A DNA stretch of 57,057 nt, the filler included, from Sphacelaria rigidula (taxonomy: Eukaryota), in assembly GCA_964200075.2 (NCBI GenBank). It is 6 parts of 6 records of this genome, joined end to end, with 100 filler letters (N's around TTAATTAATTAA, not from the genome) between each part and the next. Parts side by side here need not be neighbours in the genome. Positions count along the whole stretch, not along the records: positions 9,529 to 18,955 come from CAXNAA020008526.1; positions 19,056 to 28,481 come from CAXNAA020008527.1; 4 more parts are not named here. The stretch is one strand, 5' to 3'. A program made the position numbers and the translations under genes. The notes under the pieces were generated by a model. It was given only the letters and a program-made list of their open reading frames with translations. It ran no database searches and was not told the DNA's origin. Positions 12,980 through 23,089 of this stretch are shown here, one piece after another; within the stretch, counting starts at the first letter, position 1; each line of letters starts with the position of its first letter.

Positions 12980-15900
12980 GATGCCAAGAGTAATTCGAGA
13001 GTGTACGAAAACTGTTGCGGATAAGCCGGAGGCGTGAAATTTGTATACATGGTTTCATTTTATATTTCCATCAAAGTTGGCCTAGTCAAGGTCTCCTAGC
13101 CTAGGAGAAAACGTGTCCACTTTCGACAAAACCCGAGAGTCATACCGCACGTTTTATCGTTTCATCGAAATGTTTTCGATACGATATATCGAAACTTTCG
13201 ACACGATATCCAACACTAGTCTGCACACCCTGGACAAATAGATTCCATTGTCGAAAAATGTACTGTGCACAGTATTGTATACAATCTATTCTCTGTTGCA
13301 AGAGACGCAACTGTCGATACCGTACCCAGTACACTCTTTGATTCTACCAATCCAGCTAATCCACGACATCGTGATTTGCAACTGTGGCACCTACTGAAGG
13401 GGAACCAGTGAGTAGGATTGAGGACGTGTCCATGAGTCAGGCAGACAGCTCACGTGACGGATTTGATCATCATCCACAAATAAAATATTTCAATTCAAGT
13501 GTGCACTGAGTGAAAACGATCTGTTCAGCACAGATGATGTGGTTATATTGCGATGAAAACATTGCTCTGTCCTGCCTTCCGTGTGTGGTGTGTGCCCCTC
13601 TTTCATCATCCTCACCGTAGAAGTAGTATTTGATGAAATCGTCCGTTAGAACCCAGCCATTCACTTCCGACCAGTCCTGCAAATACTCGTTGAGGACTTT
13701 GATATCTCCTTTCATGTACCTGGCAGCCATCTGGGGAGACAGACATGAAGATGGAAAAAAGGAGACCAGACAAGACAAGGAGCATAGACGATAAGGAAAG
13801 GCAACAAGGCACGAAATAGACAGGGAGGCAAACAGAGATACAGGGGAGAGACAACAGACGTGGAGACATTGGCATGGACATAGAGGAAGACAGTCACAGA
13901 AAGGTGCAGAGACAGACGAGACAGAGGCAGACACACGACAGCGGAAAGGCAGTATGAGAGGGAAAAGCAGAGATAAATACATAAAAGGAGGGGGCGTACT
14001 CATTTGTTGCTTGCCTTAGTCGTTCGACCATTGACCACGCATCACTTTCGAGACGGAGCACCGTCAAAAAAGAGGGGAGGGAGAGGACAAGGGTTTCGAC
14101 AGAAACAGGGAAAGAGGGGGAGAGCGGGTATGGAAATGCTGGTCCAATCCCGGGCAGCAAAATGTCACGATGACCATGTTCTGTCGTACGTACCACACAG
14201 GTTCACATCCCCTACAGTACCACTCGCCTCGGTGGCTCAGTTGGTAACCTCGAAACCTTCTGACGGTTGAGTCGTGGGTCCAAATCTCGGAGCGATCTGG
14301 GATTTTTTCTTACACGACGCTCAACAGTGGAGAGCGACTGTGTCGTCGGTACATAAAATTCGACTCAATGGTCGACGAGGGAAAGGGACTGCTGAACCCC
14401 TCTCGTGATAAAGAAATACACAAAGGCAAGCACCGCAGGAGGAAGGTAGGTGGAGAACAAGAACAAATCAAAAAGAAAAAATCCTGTGTGGGCCTTCCTC
14501 CTGTGTGACCCCCGCTAGTGTGCCCACATAAAACCGAAAGGTGTATTACAGGCCGGCGTCCAGAAGAGATCGGACGGCAACACGCAGACACATCACCTAC
14601 AGTACTACTACCCCCCCGGCAAGGCACTTCGGAGCATTCGTAATATCAGTCACTATCCTTGGGAAAAGGAATCGTCATCAGAAAATAAAATTAGTTGAAT
14701 GACTGCGGTACGCGTGGAGCCGTGTGGATTCTGCGTGATAATATAATAATACGCCTCCGTACCTGGGTCGTTCCAGCGATTACTGCGGCAGGGCATGAAG
14801 TGTTAGCCTGGCACATCTCCTCCTCCACTACACCGCTCCAACCCTTGTTGACCAGCCTGATGGACATTGTATCATCTCCGTCCGCGGATCGAGTCTTTCG
14901 GTATTTTCAAGTCAGCGCCAAATCATCGGAGGGGAAACAAGAAAACGAAACACGCCTGAGAACGGGGGTGGGGGTACCCACCAGCCTTGAAGGGGAGACA
15001 ACATAGATAATGACCGTAGCAAGTGCTGTACCAAGTGGGTTTCTGCCAGACTTCATAAGCTTCCCTTACTACCAAGAGCTTCCGACGGGAGACGGGCAAG
15101 GACGTTTGTGTATGGTTCCTGACCTGTAGTTGGCAGGGCAGGAGGGAAAGTCACAGTGGAGTATGACTCACGCAAGAGGTCTCCTCCTCCGACCCTCTGG
15201 CACCAGTAATTTCTTTGGGAAAAATGAGCATAATCGGTACTTATGAAAACAAGGTCAGAAGCATTCTAGCAAGCCAACTGCAGCGGCTACACAACAAATT
15301 CCTGCCCACGTGACCTTTGCTTCAGCCTCTTTCTGAGGGGTGTATGTATGTTCACGGGATGCGGGCTTGGGGACAACTCCACGACTCGGACGATTTTCGA
15401 CAGCACTATGGTGGGACCCCACACTATGGAAGACCGCACTGTGCTGGGACCTCACGCTATGGAAGACCTAACTGTGGTCTGACCCGCACTGTGCTGGACC
15501 GCACTGTCCTGGGACCACGCAATATGAAAGACCAAAGCGCGGTGAGACAGGTACTGAGGTTGACCGTACTGTTGCGGGACCTGCACTGTGCTGGGAATTC
15601 CACTATACGATGTTCATTGGTCGGTTGAGGTCATAAAACAAGGTCTGGTAAGGCCGGGTCCAAAACAGTATTTCTTTGCACACGTAGGCGGCCGCTGGCT
15701 ATCGCATCCTCTCCTTTTCGTTCAACCCTCTCATGCGCCAACATGAAAAAATCGGCCACTGCTGAGTGATGCGTGCCACCACGTTGTTTGCTATGCGCCA
15801 TCTCCCCCCCCACCCCCCATCCCCCTCCCGAAGGTCACCTCCGACCACCAACATTAGTGAGAAGCTTCACAACAACGACAAGCAAGACTCACGTCGAGCA

Positions 15901-16010
15901 CCAGTCGTCGCATGATATTGAGATGTACCGCCGCATAGTCCTTCCCGCCGTAATATTCATCAAACGGGTGCCATATCTCCAGCTCGAATGAGTCGTTGGT
16001 TCCGACGAGA
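11472..16010 (-). CDS. Partial gene encoding a bacterial family-1-like extracellular solute-binding (periplasmic-binding-protein II) domain; exons 16010-15893, 14894-14763, 13730-13616, 12584-12380, 11607-11472
   Basis: Five AG/GT-bounded exons join in frame (intron phases 0,0,1,2) with no stops: LVGTNDSFELEIWHPFDEYYGG...IRLVNKGW...PAAVIAGTTQ|MAARYMKGDIKVLNEYL...DDFIKYYFY|DFNYLSKWVAVPLVSDTRVLAYNKTTFSSLGIDPPPGPGEVGWEWSDFVDAARRI...GWYFRG|SWDEELKIAL...AAMNETID. The P-x3-D-x-R-x3-YNK...GI-x-P...W-x-W-x-DF segment resembles sugar-type SBP family 1. Confidence 0.8.
13987..14065 (-). mobile_element. 5'-truncated 3'-end fragment of the oligo(C)-tailed LINE
   Basis: GGGGGCGTACTCA...GTCGTTCGACCATTGACCACGCATCACTTTCGAGACGGAGCACCGT matches 35841-35920. 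The flanks AAAAGGAGGGG / AAAAGAGGGG look like a TSD. Confidence 0.7.
14221..14588 (+). mobile_element. Full-length tRNA-derived SINE (~370 bp) with 17-bp TSD
   Basis: Pol III A box TGGCTCAGTTGG, degenerate B box GGGTCCAAATCTC, body shared with other copies, CA-rich tail; TSD CACATC(C/A)CCTACAGTAC at 14204-14220 and 14589-14605. Confidence 0.9.
15405..15605. repeat. Degenerate 15-18-bp minisatellite (consensus about GCACTGTGCTGGGACC), intronic
   Basis: Recurring CACT(A/G)TG...GACC units. Confidence 0.65.
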
Positions 16011-16974
16011 CTGCATCACAAAACAAAGAAAACAGGAAGACCCCACGCAAAAAAAAAGATGAATTCAGGGGGGGGGGGGGGGGACAAAAAAATTTTTTTG
16101 GTTTAATAAAAGAAAAAAAGGAGTGGAATAAGAAAAGACAAAAAAAAAAAAANNNNNNNNNNAACAAAAAAAAACAAAGAAAATAAAATAGAGTAAAAAA
16201 AAAAGGGGTGGGGGGGGGTGGGCAGCGTAGGGGGAATCATTATGTTTTGTTGGTTCATTCATCGAAATGATGCTGTGCATGAAGAATGACAGAAAAAAAT
16301 AAAATGATGAAAACAAATGCAGCAAAAGTGGAGGAGCGCATTATCTGATACTCACGAAAATACAGCGAAAGTGCAGCGGCATAAACCAAAAAAAACTAGG
16401 GCGGGAAAGCAACACGTGCACGATGAAAAGGTTTCATCTATTTCTGCGTAAAAATTTGCAAACAATGCGCTCCACCATCATGAAGATATGGCAGCGGTGA
16501 GAGCACGAAGAGTACATACTGTCACGAACCTGTGTACTCAGCGGAGGCTGAACCATCTGAAAATCAATTTCCAACGCTCCTACTCGACCCTTTTGGTGCT
16601 ATTTTTTTAACGACATAACGGTTGAGTACTTCCAGCTTTCATACGCAAAAAATAATATCCCGACGCGTGTTGTCCAGACCCATATAAAAATGTGCCCCGA
16701 GTGCAGCACGGGGCTCAGTATTTAGAAAATATACAGGTGGAGTCGATTTTTGTTTGTATAGTTCTGGAACGCAAGCGCTAATTCCTAATTTTCGCTGCGT
16801 GCACAAAGTTGAACACATGTCACCCCTTGGGTCCCCTTATTGGACATGAATAATCCGACCCCACCGGGGTGGCATTTTCGGCGCGGGCATGACGTACATA
16901 CATATGCTGGTGAATTCTTGAGGCGATCTAGAGTTTTGGTCGTATATCTATGGTTGATTTTTTCGAGCAAATAA

Positions 16975-17115
16975 CAATAACCCTATCCCTAACCCCGACC
17001 CAAGGCGTACGAGATCCTCGGGCAAGGGGGGTGCATACGTTCGTTTCCCTGGGCACAGTGTGCGTTGGCAGACCTAAAATCGACGCCGCAGGCGCCGATT
17101 TCGACAAAAACACGA
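16975..17115. repeat. Dispersed repeat family; other copies at about 32090-32317, 33046-33185 (inverted) and 37070-37309
   Basis: Shared motifs CTCGGGCAAG...AATCG(A/G)CGCC...GGC(G/A)CCGATT...AAAAC. The copies at 32090 and 37070 also share ...GTCAGCCCTACTAAA...CACTCAAATCAAGTAATAT...CATTTGTAGCCCAAC. Confidence 0.75.
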
Positions 17116-17531
17116 GCTGGACGAGCTGGGTCTACTGCTCACCTGCCCCAAACCATAAATTTTCTCATATCTTTCTCGAGTCTAAAATCAAGTAGTCATG
17201 TTGTCAACCATAGATATACGACCAAAGCTCTATCGTAGGTCTCCTGGAATTCTTCTGTGGCCTTCCGCCGAAAAAATGGCTGCCGTTGGTCTGACCACGG
17301 GATGGCAGGGGAGGGTATGCAAAGGGTTGAAACCATGCATAACAAGTGCTGCAAGGCTAATGGCTGCTTGTTTCACTGTAAAATTTTCCAGCCAGAGGGT
17401 CAACCTTGACGGGAAAGTGATACTGCAACAGTAGCCCCCCCCCCCCCCCGAACAAAAGTGGCTATGGAGAGGCAAAATCTACACGTGAATCGAAATAGAA
17501 CTACCCGAGCACACCGAGCGGCTGGGAATTC

Positions 17532-17662
17532 CATACCCTGGATAATATAATACAGTCAAGAAGTGTACTGCGTACAGTATCGACTACTGCGCCTGTTGCA
17601 ATAGACAATAGATTCCATACTGTACGCAATTTTTTACAATATAATATTTTGTCCAGGGTGTG
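17532..17662. mobile_element. MITE of the CACACCCTGGACAA family, 8-bp TSD (7/8 match)
   Basis: CATACCCTGGATAA ... TTGTCCAGGGTGTG, flanked by GGGAATTC / AGGAATTC. Confidence 0.8.
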
Positions 17663-17789
17663 AGGAATTCCCACGCTTTGGTTCGGTTTTGCCGATGTCG
17701 TCCATATGAGGCACAGCAGTCTGAACCCAGTTATCATTCGCTCTACAGCCATTTTCTATTTTCTTCGCGACAATTTTTGGGGCTGGATT

Positions 17790-17918
17790 GGGGGGCGAGG
17801 GGGTTGTCCTCATGAGTTCGCATGCCGAAGTCATACGACCATTGACCTTGCATCCCTACGAAGCCGGGACGCCGGGACGCCGGGACGGAGCACGCCGGGT
17901 TTTCGCCGAGTCGGGCTT
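17790..17918 (-). mobile_element. 3'-end fragment of oligo(C)-tailed LINE subfamily B
   Basis: GGGGGTTGTCCTCATGAGTTCGCATGCC...GACCATTGACCTTGCATCCCTACGAAGCCGGGAC matches 38401-38500; TSD-like flanks TTGGGGGGCGAGGGG / TTGGGGGGAAGGGG. Confidence 0.7.
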
Positions 17919-18794
17919 GTTGGGGGGAAGGGGAGGGGGGGGGCTATCCCGGCATCACCCGGGACCGGAAAAAAAACGAAGAGCTAAGCAAGCGTCCAAA
18001 AGCAGCATGCGTCGGTTATCTCGCCGCGACATTACGCGGCAGGCGTGGTGATGTTTTCATTTTCATCGCAGCATCGCTTTCACCTTCCAACTTCTGCTCG
18101 TATCGGTGCACTTCCTACCCTATACAGGTAGATGTGCGCCCCGAATCTGTACGGATTCCGGAGTGTCCCGATTAGAGCAGCAAGGTCACATACCAAAAAT
18201 TCAGCGTTCAAATAATCGGAGTATTGATCTGGTTTTCTCACAGCTAGCCGAAAAATATTGCCCAGCGGACTGGGGTCCGAAAAATCAATCCACGGGGGAA
18301 ACTCGCCTGTAGGCGGGGCTGAAATCCTCACATATGTACAAACGCAGACTGGTATTCCACAAATAATCCTCATGATGGCGAATAATTGTTTTGAACGACG
18401 AAGTCGATATATAGAAAAGGAAAACTTTCATCTGATAGGTCATGATTTCAACTATCTTCAACATGAAAGATAATTCTTGAAATCACGACCCATCAGACGG
18501 AGTTCTCCTTTCCCGCCACACATTTACAATCGGAACATAATGTACCAGGACACGTCCTCAGTGGGATGCCGTGCGGATACGAGGTATAACGAGCTCTGTG
18601 CGGGTGCTGGCTGTTGACCCAAAGCAAACATGCGGTCCCAACGGCCTACTAAAAGATAATAAGGGCGGCGGTTTGCCCGCACATGGCTCTTCATGCGCGA
18701 ATCCAAGCTCTCTCGGCCTCGTACCCTACCCGTGCGTACACTGTTTGCTATGATAGGCCCGGATGTTATGGCGAACAGACTTTGGCCCACGGAT

Positions 18795-18945
18795 TGTTCA
18801 CTTTTGGGACATGTGACCCACTTTTTGACCCCCAAACAGGGAAAATCGCCAACAATCGTCTCGGACCCTTTGCATCACCCCACAGAGAGGAGCCTAGCCT
18901 ACTTTTCAGATTCGCTTGGTTCCGAGGTTTCGAGATTGGCCGCTG
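18795..18945. repeat. One arm of the foldback family seen at 46396-46831
   Basis: TTTTTGACCCCCAAACAGGGAAAATCGCCA...AGAGGAG(C/T)CTAGCC(T/C)ACTTTTC(A/T)GATTCGCTTGG is shared. Confidence 0.8.
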
Positions 18946-18955
18946 AACAGTAATT

Positions 18956-19055
18956 NNNNNNNNNNNNNNNNNNNNNNNNNNNNNNNNNNNNNNNNNNNNT
19001 TAATTAATTAANNNNNNNNNNNNNNNNNNNNNNNNNNNNNNNNNNNNNNNNNNNN
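18956..19055. other. Artificial scaffold linker
   Basis: N44-TTAATTAATTAA-N44. Confidence 0.98.
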
Positions 19056-19615
19056 CGTTTACGTTTCTATGCTGGACTGCTGCCGAAATAGCCCCCCCCC
19101 CCCCGAACCGGCCAAAAACGTGCATGGAGGCAATGATCATAAATGATGTTAGAGCTCGTTTCTTTCTGCATGACGCGACTCCTTTGGGCGTTATAGCTGA
19201 TTTCGGACTGCTACACGCCTCTCAAGTTGGCCAAGTTGCTGCAAACGAGCCCAATAGTGGGATCGCAGCCGGTTTGTCGGACGGTCTCTAGTAAACGTTT
19301 AGTGGGGGGGCTATTTCGGCATTAGTCGCTGATTCGCAGTTGCACATCACTGCGGAACTGAAAGATGTGTTTCAGCATTCGTATGCTCAAGGTGGATGTC
19401 GGATGAAGGCTTTGGTGCACGTCGCTGAGGATGACGATGGTGATGCCATTATTTTGGTCGATTGGGATGGGTCCGGTGCTGGAGAACGCGCGTGGGAGTC
19501 TCTTCGCAAGATTCATTCTTCTGCGCCTGAATTTATTTTGAAAGAACTGCATAAAATGCGGTTGACTCGGGCGCTGACAAGTAAATTGGCGTCGGAGTGT
19601 GGCATTTCATTGTGA
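19056..19615 (+). mobile_element. Ty3/gypsy (chromovirus-like) remnant: end of pol with a chromodomain-like C-terminus, interrupted by a MITE
   Basis: Removing 19075-19331 restores RLRFYADSQLHITAELKDVFQHS...ILVDWDGSGAGERAWESLRKIHSSAPEFILKEL...stop. A possible 3' LTR TGTAG...CTACA follows at 19695-20157 (tentative). Confidence 0.7.
19075..19327. mobile_element. MITE (253 bp) with 24-bp TIRs and 4-bp TSD GCTG
   Basis: GACTGCTGCCGAAATAGCCCCCCC / GGGGGGGCTATTTCGGCATTAGTC; GCTG at 19071-19074 and 19328-19331; excision restores the host reading frame. Confidence 0.9.
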
Positions 19616-20536
19616 TTTGGCGCATGCGATTTCGCCTTGGTTTTTTGTTGGTTGTCAAGCTCGTTCGTTTGTCTTGAACTCGCTTTGAGGGTGCTGTAGC
19701 CAAATGATACCAAGCCTTAGGTTTCAGTATAATCGCATGCATGATTGGAGCAGTGGCAGGGGACAGGGGATCCTGGATGGATCATCGAAAAGGCACAAGC
19801 AAGCAGTAGCAGCAGCTTTCCAACTCGCGACACGTGGGTCCATTCATGGATTCGCGAGCCGACGGTGTATCGACAATTGATTGCGACTTCCTTGCTCCAG
19901 TGAGATACCAATACAAGCACCACCGTTCACACTTCAGCACAAGCAGCAGTATAGTGCAATGTACGCAGCACATGATTAAACAGCGCGCGCACGCCGACAG
20001 TCTATATCGATCGGGGTGGGTGGTCAGGCTATCTAGTGCATTTTCCAGTGTAAATGCTGCTCAATCCACATACATGGTGCATTATTTTGTACTATGCGAT
20101 TTAGTTATACTTCGTCTCTATCTGTATTATTGCAACGTGTACCTCACTGCCTCTACATCATCTTCCATTTTTCAGATGACCTACTCTGGGGGTGACACCG
20201 GCTCACTGGTTTCCCAATAAATGAAGCTGAAGCTTTATCACGGCGGATAGATGCTGTACAGACGGCACGGTGCACATGGCGGTACCAGTAGACTCAACAC
20301 GAAAACCAACACACACAAGAGCAAAACACAGGCCTGCATGATGTCTGTTCCGGTACACGCTCTCTACCTCGGATCTCTGCGCGGCTGAGTACACAAGCGG
20401 CAGCTCCTTTCTCTTGATAGTATTCCGGAGTGCATTGTACGCGGACACATGCACGTACTTAGACAAGTTACTGCGACGCAGACCTCTCCTCCGGGACCCC
20501 TAGTCCCCCTAATCGTGCGAAAACACACTATCTGGG

Positions 20537-20882
20537 TATTCGATTATACTCACGCTCAATGATAGAGACATGTAAACAGGCCTGGATGCGAGGGAAGTGG
20601 ATATTGTGATTGATTCATGACATATGGGTGAAGGGCAAATAAGAGATACAGTTCTGTTATTAAAAGTATACCCGATGTGTTGGTTGCAGCAAATATCTGC
20701 TGAGGCGCACACGCCCAATCGCGTGGCCAAGGAATCAGGCTCTGACGTGTTATTTTTGCATGATGAGTGGTTTTTCATGATTGAACCCCGCCCCCTTTTT
20801 GGTAGTGCACTATTTGTTTTTTTTACGTTTTGCGTGGAGAGTACAATGTACATTTATCAACAGGGGAATTAATTCAACAACA
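20537..20882 (+). repeat. 5' LTR of the copia element (3' end at 20879 or 20882)
   Basis: Matches 28187-28481; ends ...TTCAACA(ACA) and is followed by a PBS-like GAGGTCCCAC. Confidence 0.85.
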
Positions 20883-21034
20883 GAGGTCCCACGACCTTTC
20901 TCAAACATAGACCCTTGCGCCGAGCAGGAAATTCAGCCATTACGCTAGCGATCGGGCTACGCTTTGCCCTGGCGACCTCAGGGTTTATTCAGATGTAAAA
21001 AATGGACTTCGACAATTAGGTAGACGACCTCATC

Positions 21035-22560
21035 GTGAAAATACAAGAAGCCGGCCCAGACGCGGCGATGGGGATACTATCAGGATACATGCAGGAGCAA
21101 GCGAAACAACTACAAGACCTGCGACAACAAAGTCAAGCACAGGAAGAGGATCCGAGCCTCGGAGCGCGCGCGTCAGCAACAAGAACGACGGCCCCCCAGC
21201 AGCGCATTCAACCTACGACTAAGACAGCATATCAAGACGCACGTCTGCACACGCAGAATCAAGCCCAGATGGTACAGTCTGGCATATTAAGGGTACGTTC
21301 ACATACCACTATAGCAGCGTAGGATTGTATGGCAAAGAGTGGGAAGGAAGTAAGAGAGAAGTTCATGGCTTTCAAGCTGCAGATGACAGCGTACTTCAAG
21401 CAAGAGCTCTGCGAAGAGGCTCGTTACACAACTTTCCCTATTAGAGTACATTTTGATACAGAGCGGGATTTGATTGAGAGATTTGGAAACGAGATAGTGG
21501 AGAAGGCCAAGAAAGCATGGAATATACTGGTCGAAAAAATTACCTTTGCTCCGCTTGTTCAGCAACTGGTAAGACTGGGAAACCCCAGCGAGGGATGGAG
21601 GTACATTATAGACTACTACACCGTTCCTCCAACCACTGGGAAGGCACAGTTGGACCATCAATGGCAGACCCTCGATATGGACTTGGGAGAGGACCCCCGC
21701 ATGCTTCTCGATAGAGCAAAATTGATAAGGTACCACCGTGCTAGGCTTGGAGTCGTGATATCAGATACAGACGCCAACCGGCACTACATACGCCGCTTGT
21801 CAAATGACTTCGAAACCGCCCGCGGCGTACTGCTTGCAATGGATCAAGTAACCTCAGATGCCCTTGAGCGCATGGTGATGACGGCGCATGGAGAGATGGA
21901 ACTAGCCAGGAGCAGGGCAGGCAGGAATCAGGATGGGGTTCAGGGCCATGCGCTCGTCGCTGCCACTGGGGATGGTAGAGGTGGGGGCGTGCTGTAAAAC
22001 GGACGACAACAGGGTGGTGAGAGACGTCGGCAACAGAGTGATGTTTTTTGTCATTTTCACAATACGGCCCAGCACGACGACTCTGAATGCAACGCACAAC
22101 GATACATGCACGCACAAGAAAGTCGCGGTGATCGTGGTGCGTGTAATGGCGTTCGCCAGCAGCAATACCATAGTGCAGACACTTTTGGAGGTCGTGGGGG
22201 TAGAGGACGCGGTAGAATGTACACTCAATCACCGCAGCTCATTCAGCAACAACAACAGCAGCAACAACGCCAGCAACCCCAGCAGCAGCAGCAGCAACAA
22301 GCGAGACGTTGAGGGCGGGGCGCACGACGTGAATTTGGTCACAGGTACGGTGGTTCGGGGCACGGCAGCGGGAATGCCCACCTAGGCAGCCAGTGACCGC
22401 ATTATGACCCGCCGCAAGGTGGGCCTGACTACTCAGGTTATCCTGATGGTTTATACCGCCCCGTAGGCAACGAACCCCCAATCCACCACGCCGACCCCCG
22501 TAAACGGTGCATCACATGCGACGAATTGGGCCACATGCATACTCTTTGCCCATGGCGTAG
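21035..22560 (+). pseudogene. Copia gag region (disrupted) with zinc knuckle
   Basis: ORFs 21035..21322 and 21329..21997 (WQTLDMDLGEDP...YIRRLSNDFETARGVL), a Gln/Gly-rich stretch, and the CX2CX4HX4C motif CITCDELGHMHTLC at about 22508-22549. Confidence 0.8.
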
Positions 22561-23089
22561 AGTAGTGCGGCCGCAAGTTGATTCGGGGGTACGTCATGTG
22601 TATCCTACCCAAAATCAACCTCGTCACGGAGGAAGGTAGCCCTCCCCCCTGGACCCATTCCTACGGATCGGTCAACACCGTGCAACTGTACGGTGACCAA
22701 GGGGGGTACGAAGAGAGCAATCGCATCGAACAACACTGGAACGGAGCGGAACAAGACGGGCGGGTGTTGGAAGACAGCAGGAACTTCAGCGGTGCAGGTT
22801 ACGCGCACTGTATCCAGTTCCCCCGCAATCCCCCGCAATCCTCCGCAGCTGCCACCAACAGCCAGATCCAGTAATTACCGGAGCAAGGTGAATTTGAACT
22901 GCAACACCCCCACCAACTACAGCAGCAGCAACAACCTCATCATGCCCAACCTGATTCCAATATGCCTTCCTCCGGTTCAGCTACATCCCCTGCGCCGCTT
23001 CATCTATGCATGGCACACACTGTGTCACAAGGCGAGTCACGTTTTGAGTTGGGTGATTTTTCTTTGGGTTTGATTTGTTTTGAGTTGCT

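Noticed and set aside
16020-16220. A- and G-run-rich stretch around a 10-N gap
   Set aside because: Looks like low-quality sequence at a gap edge.
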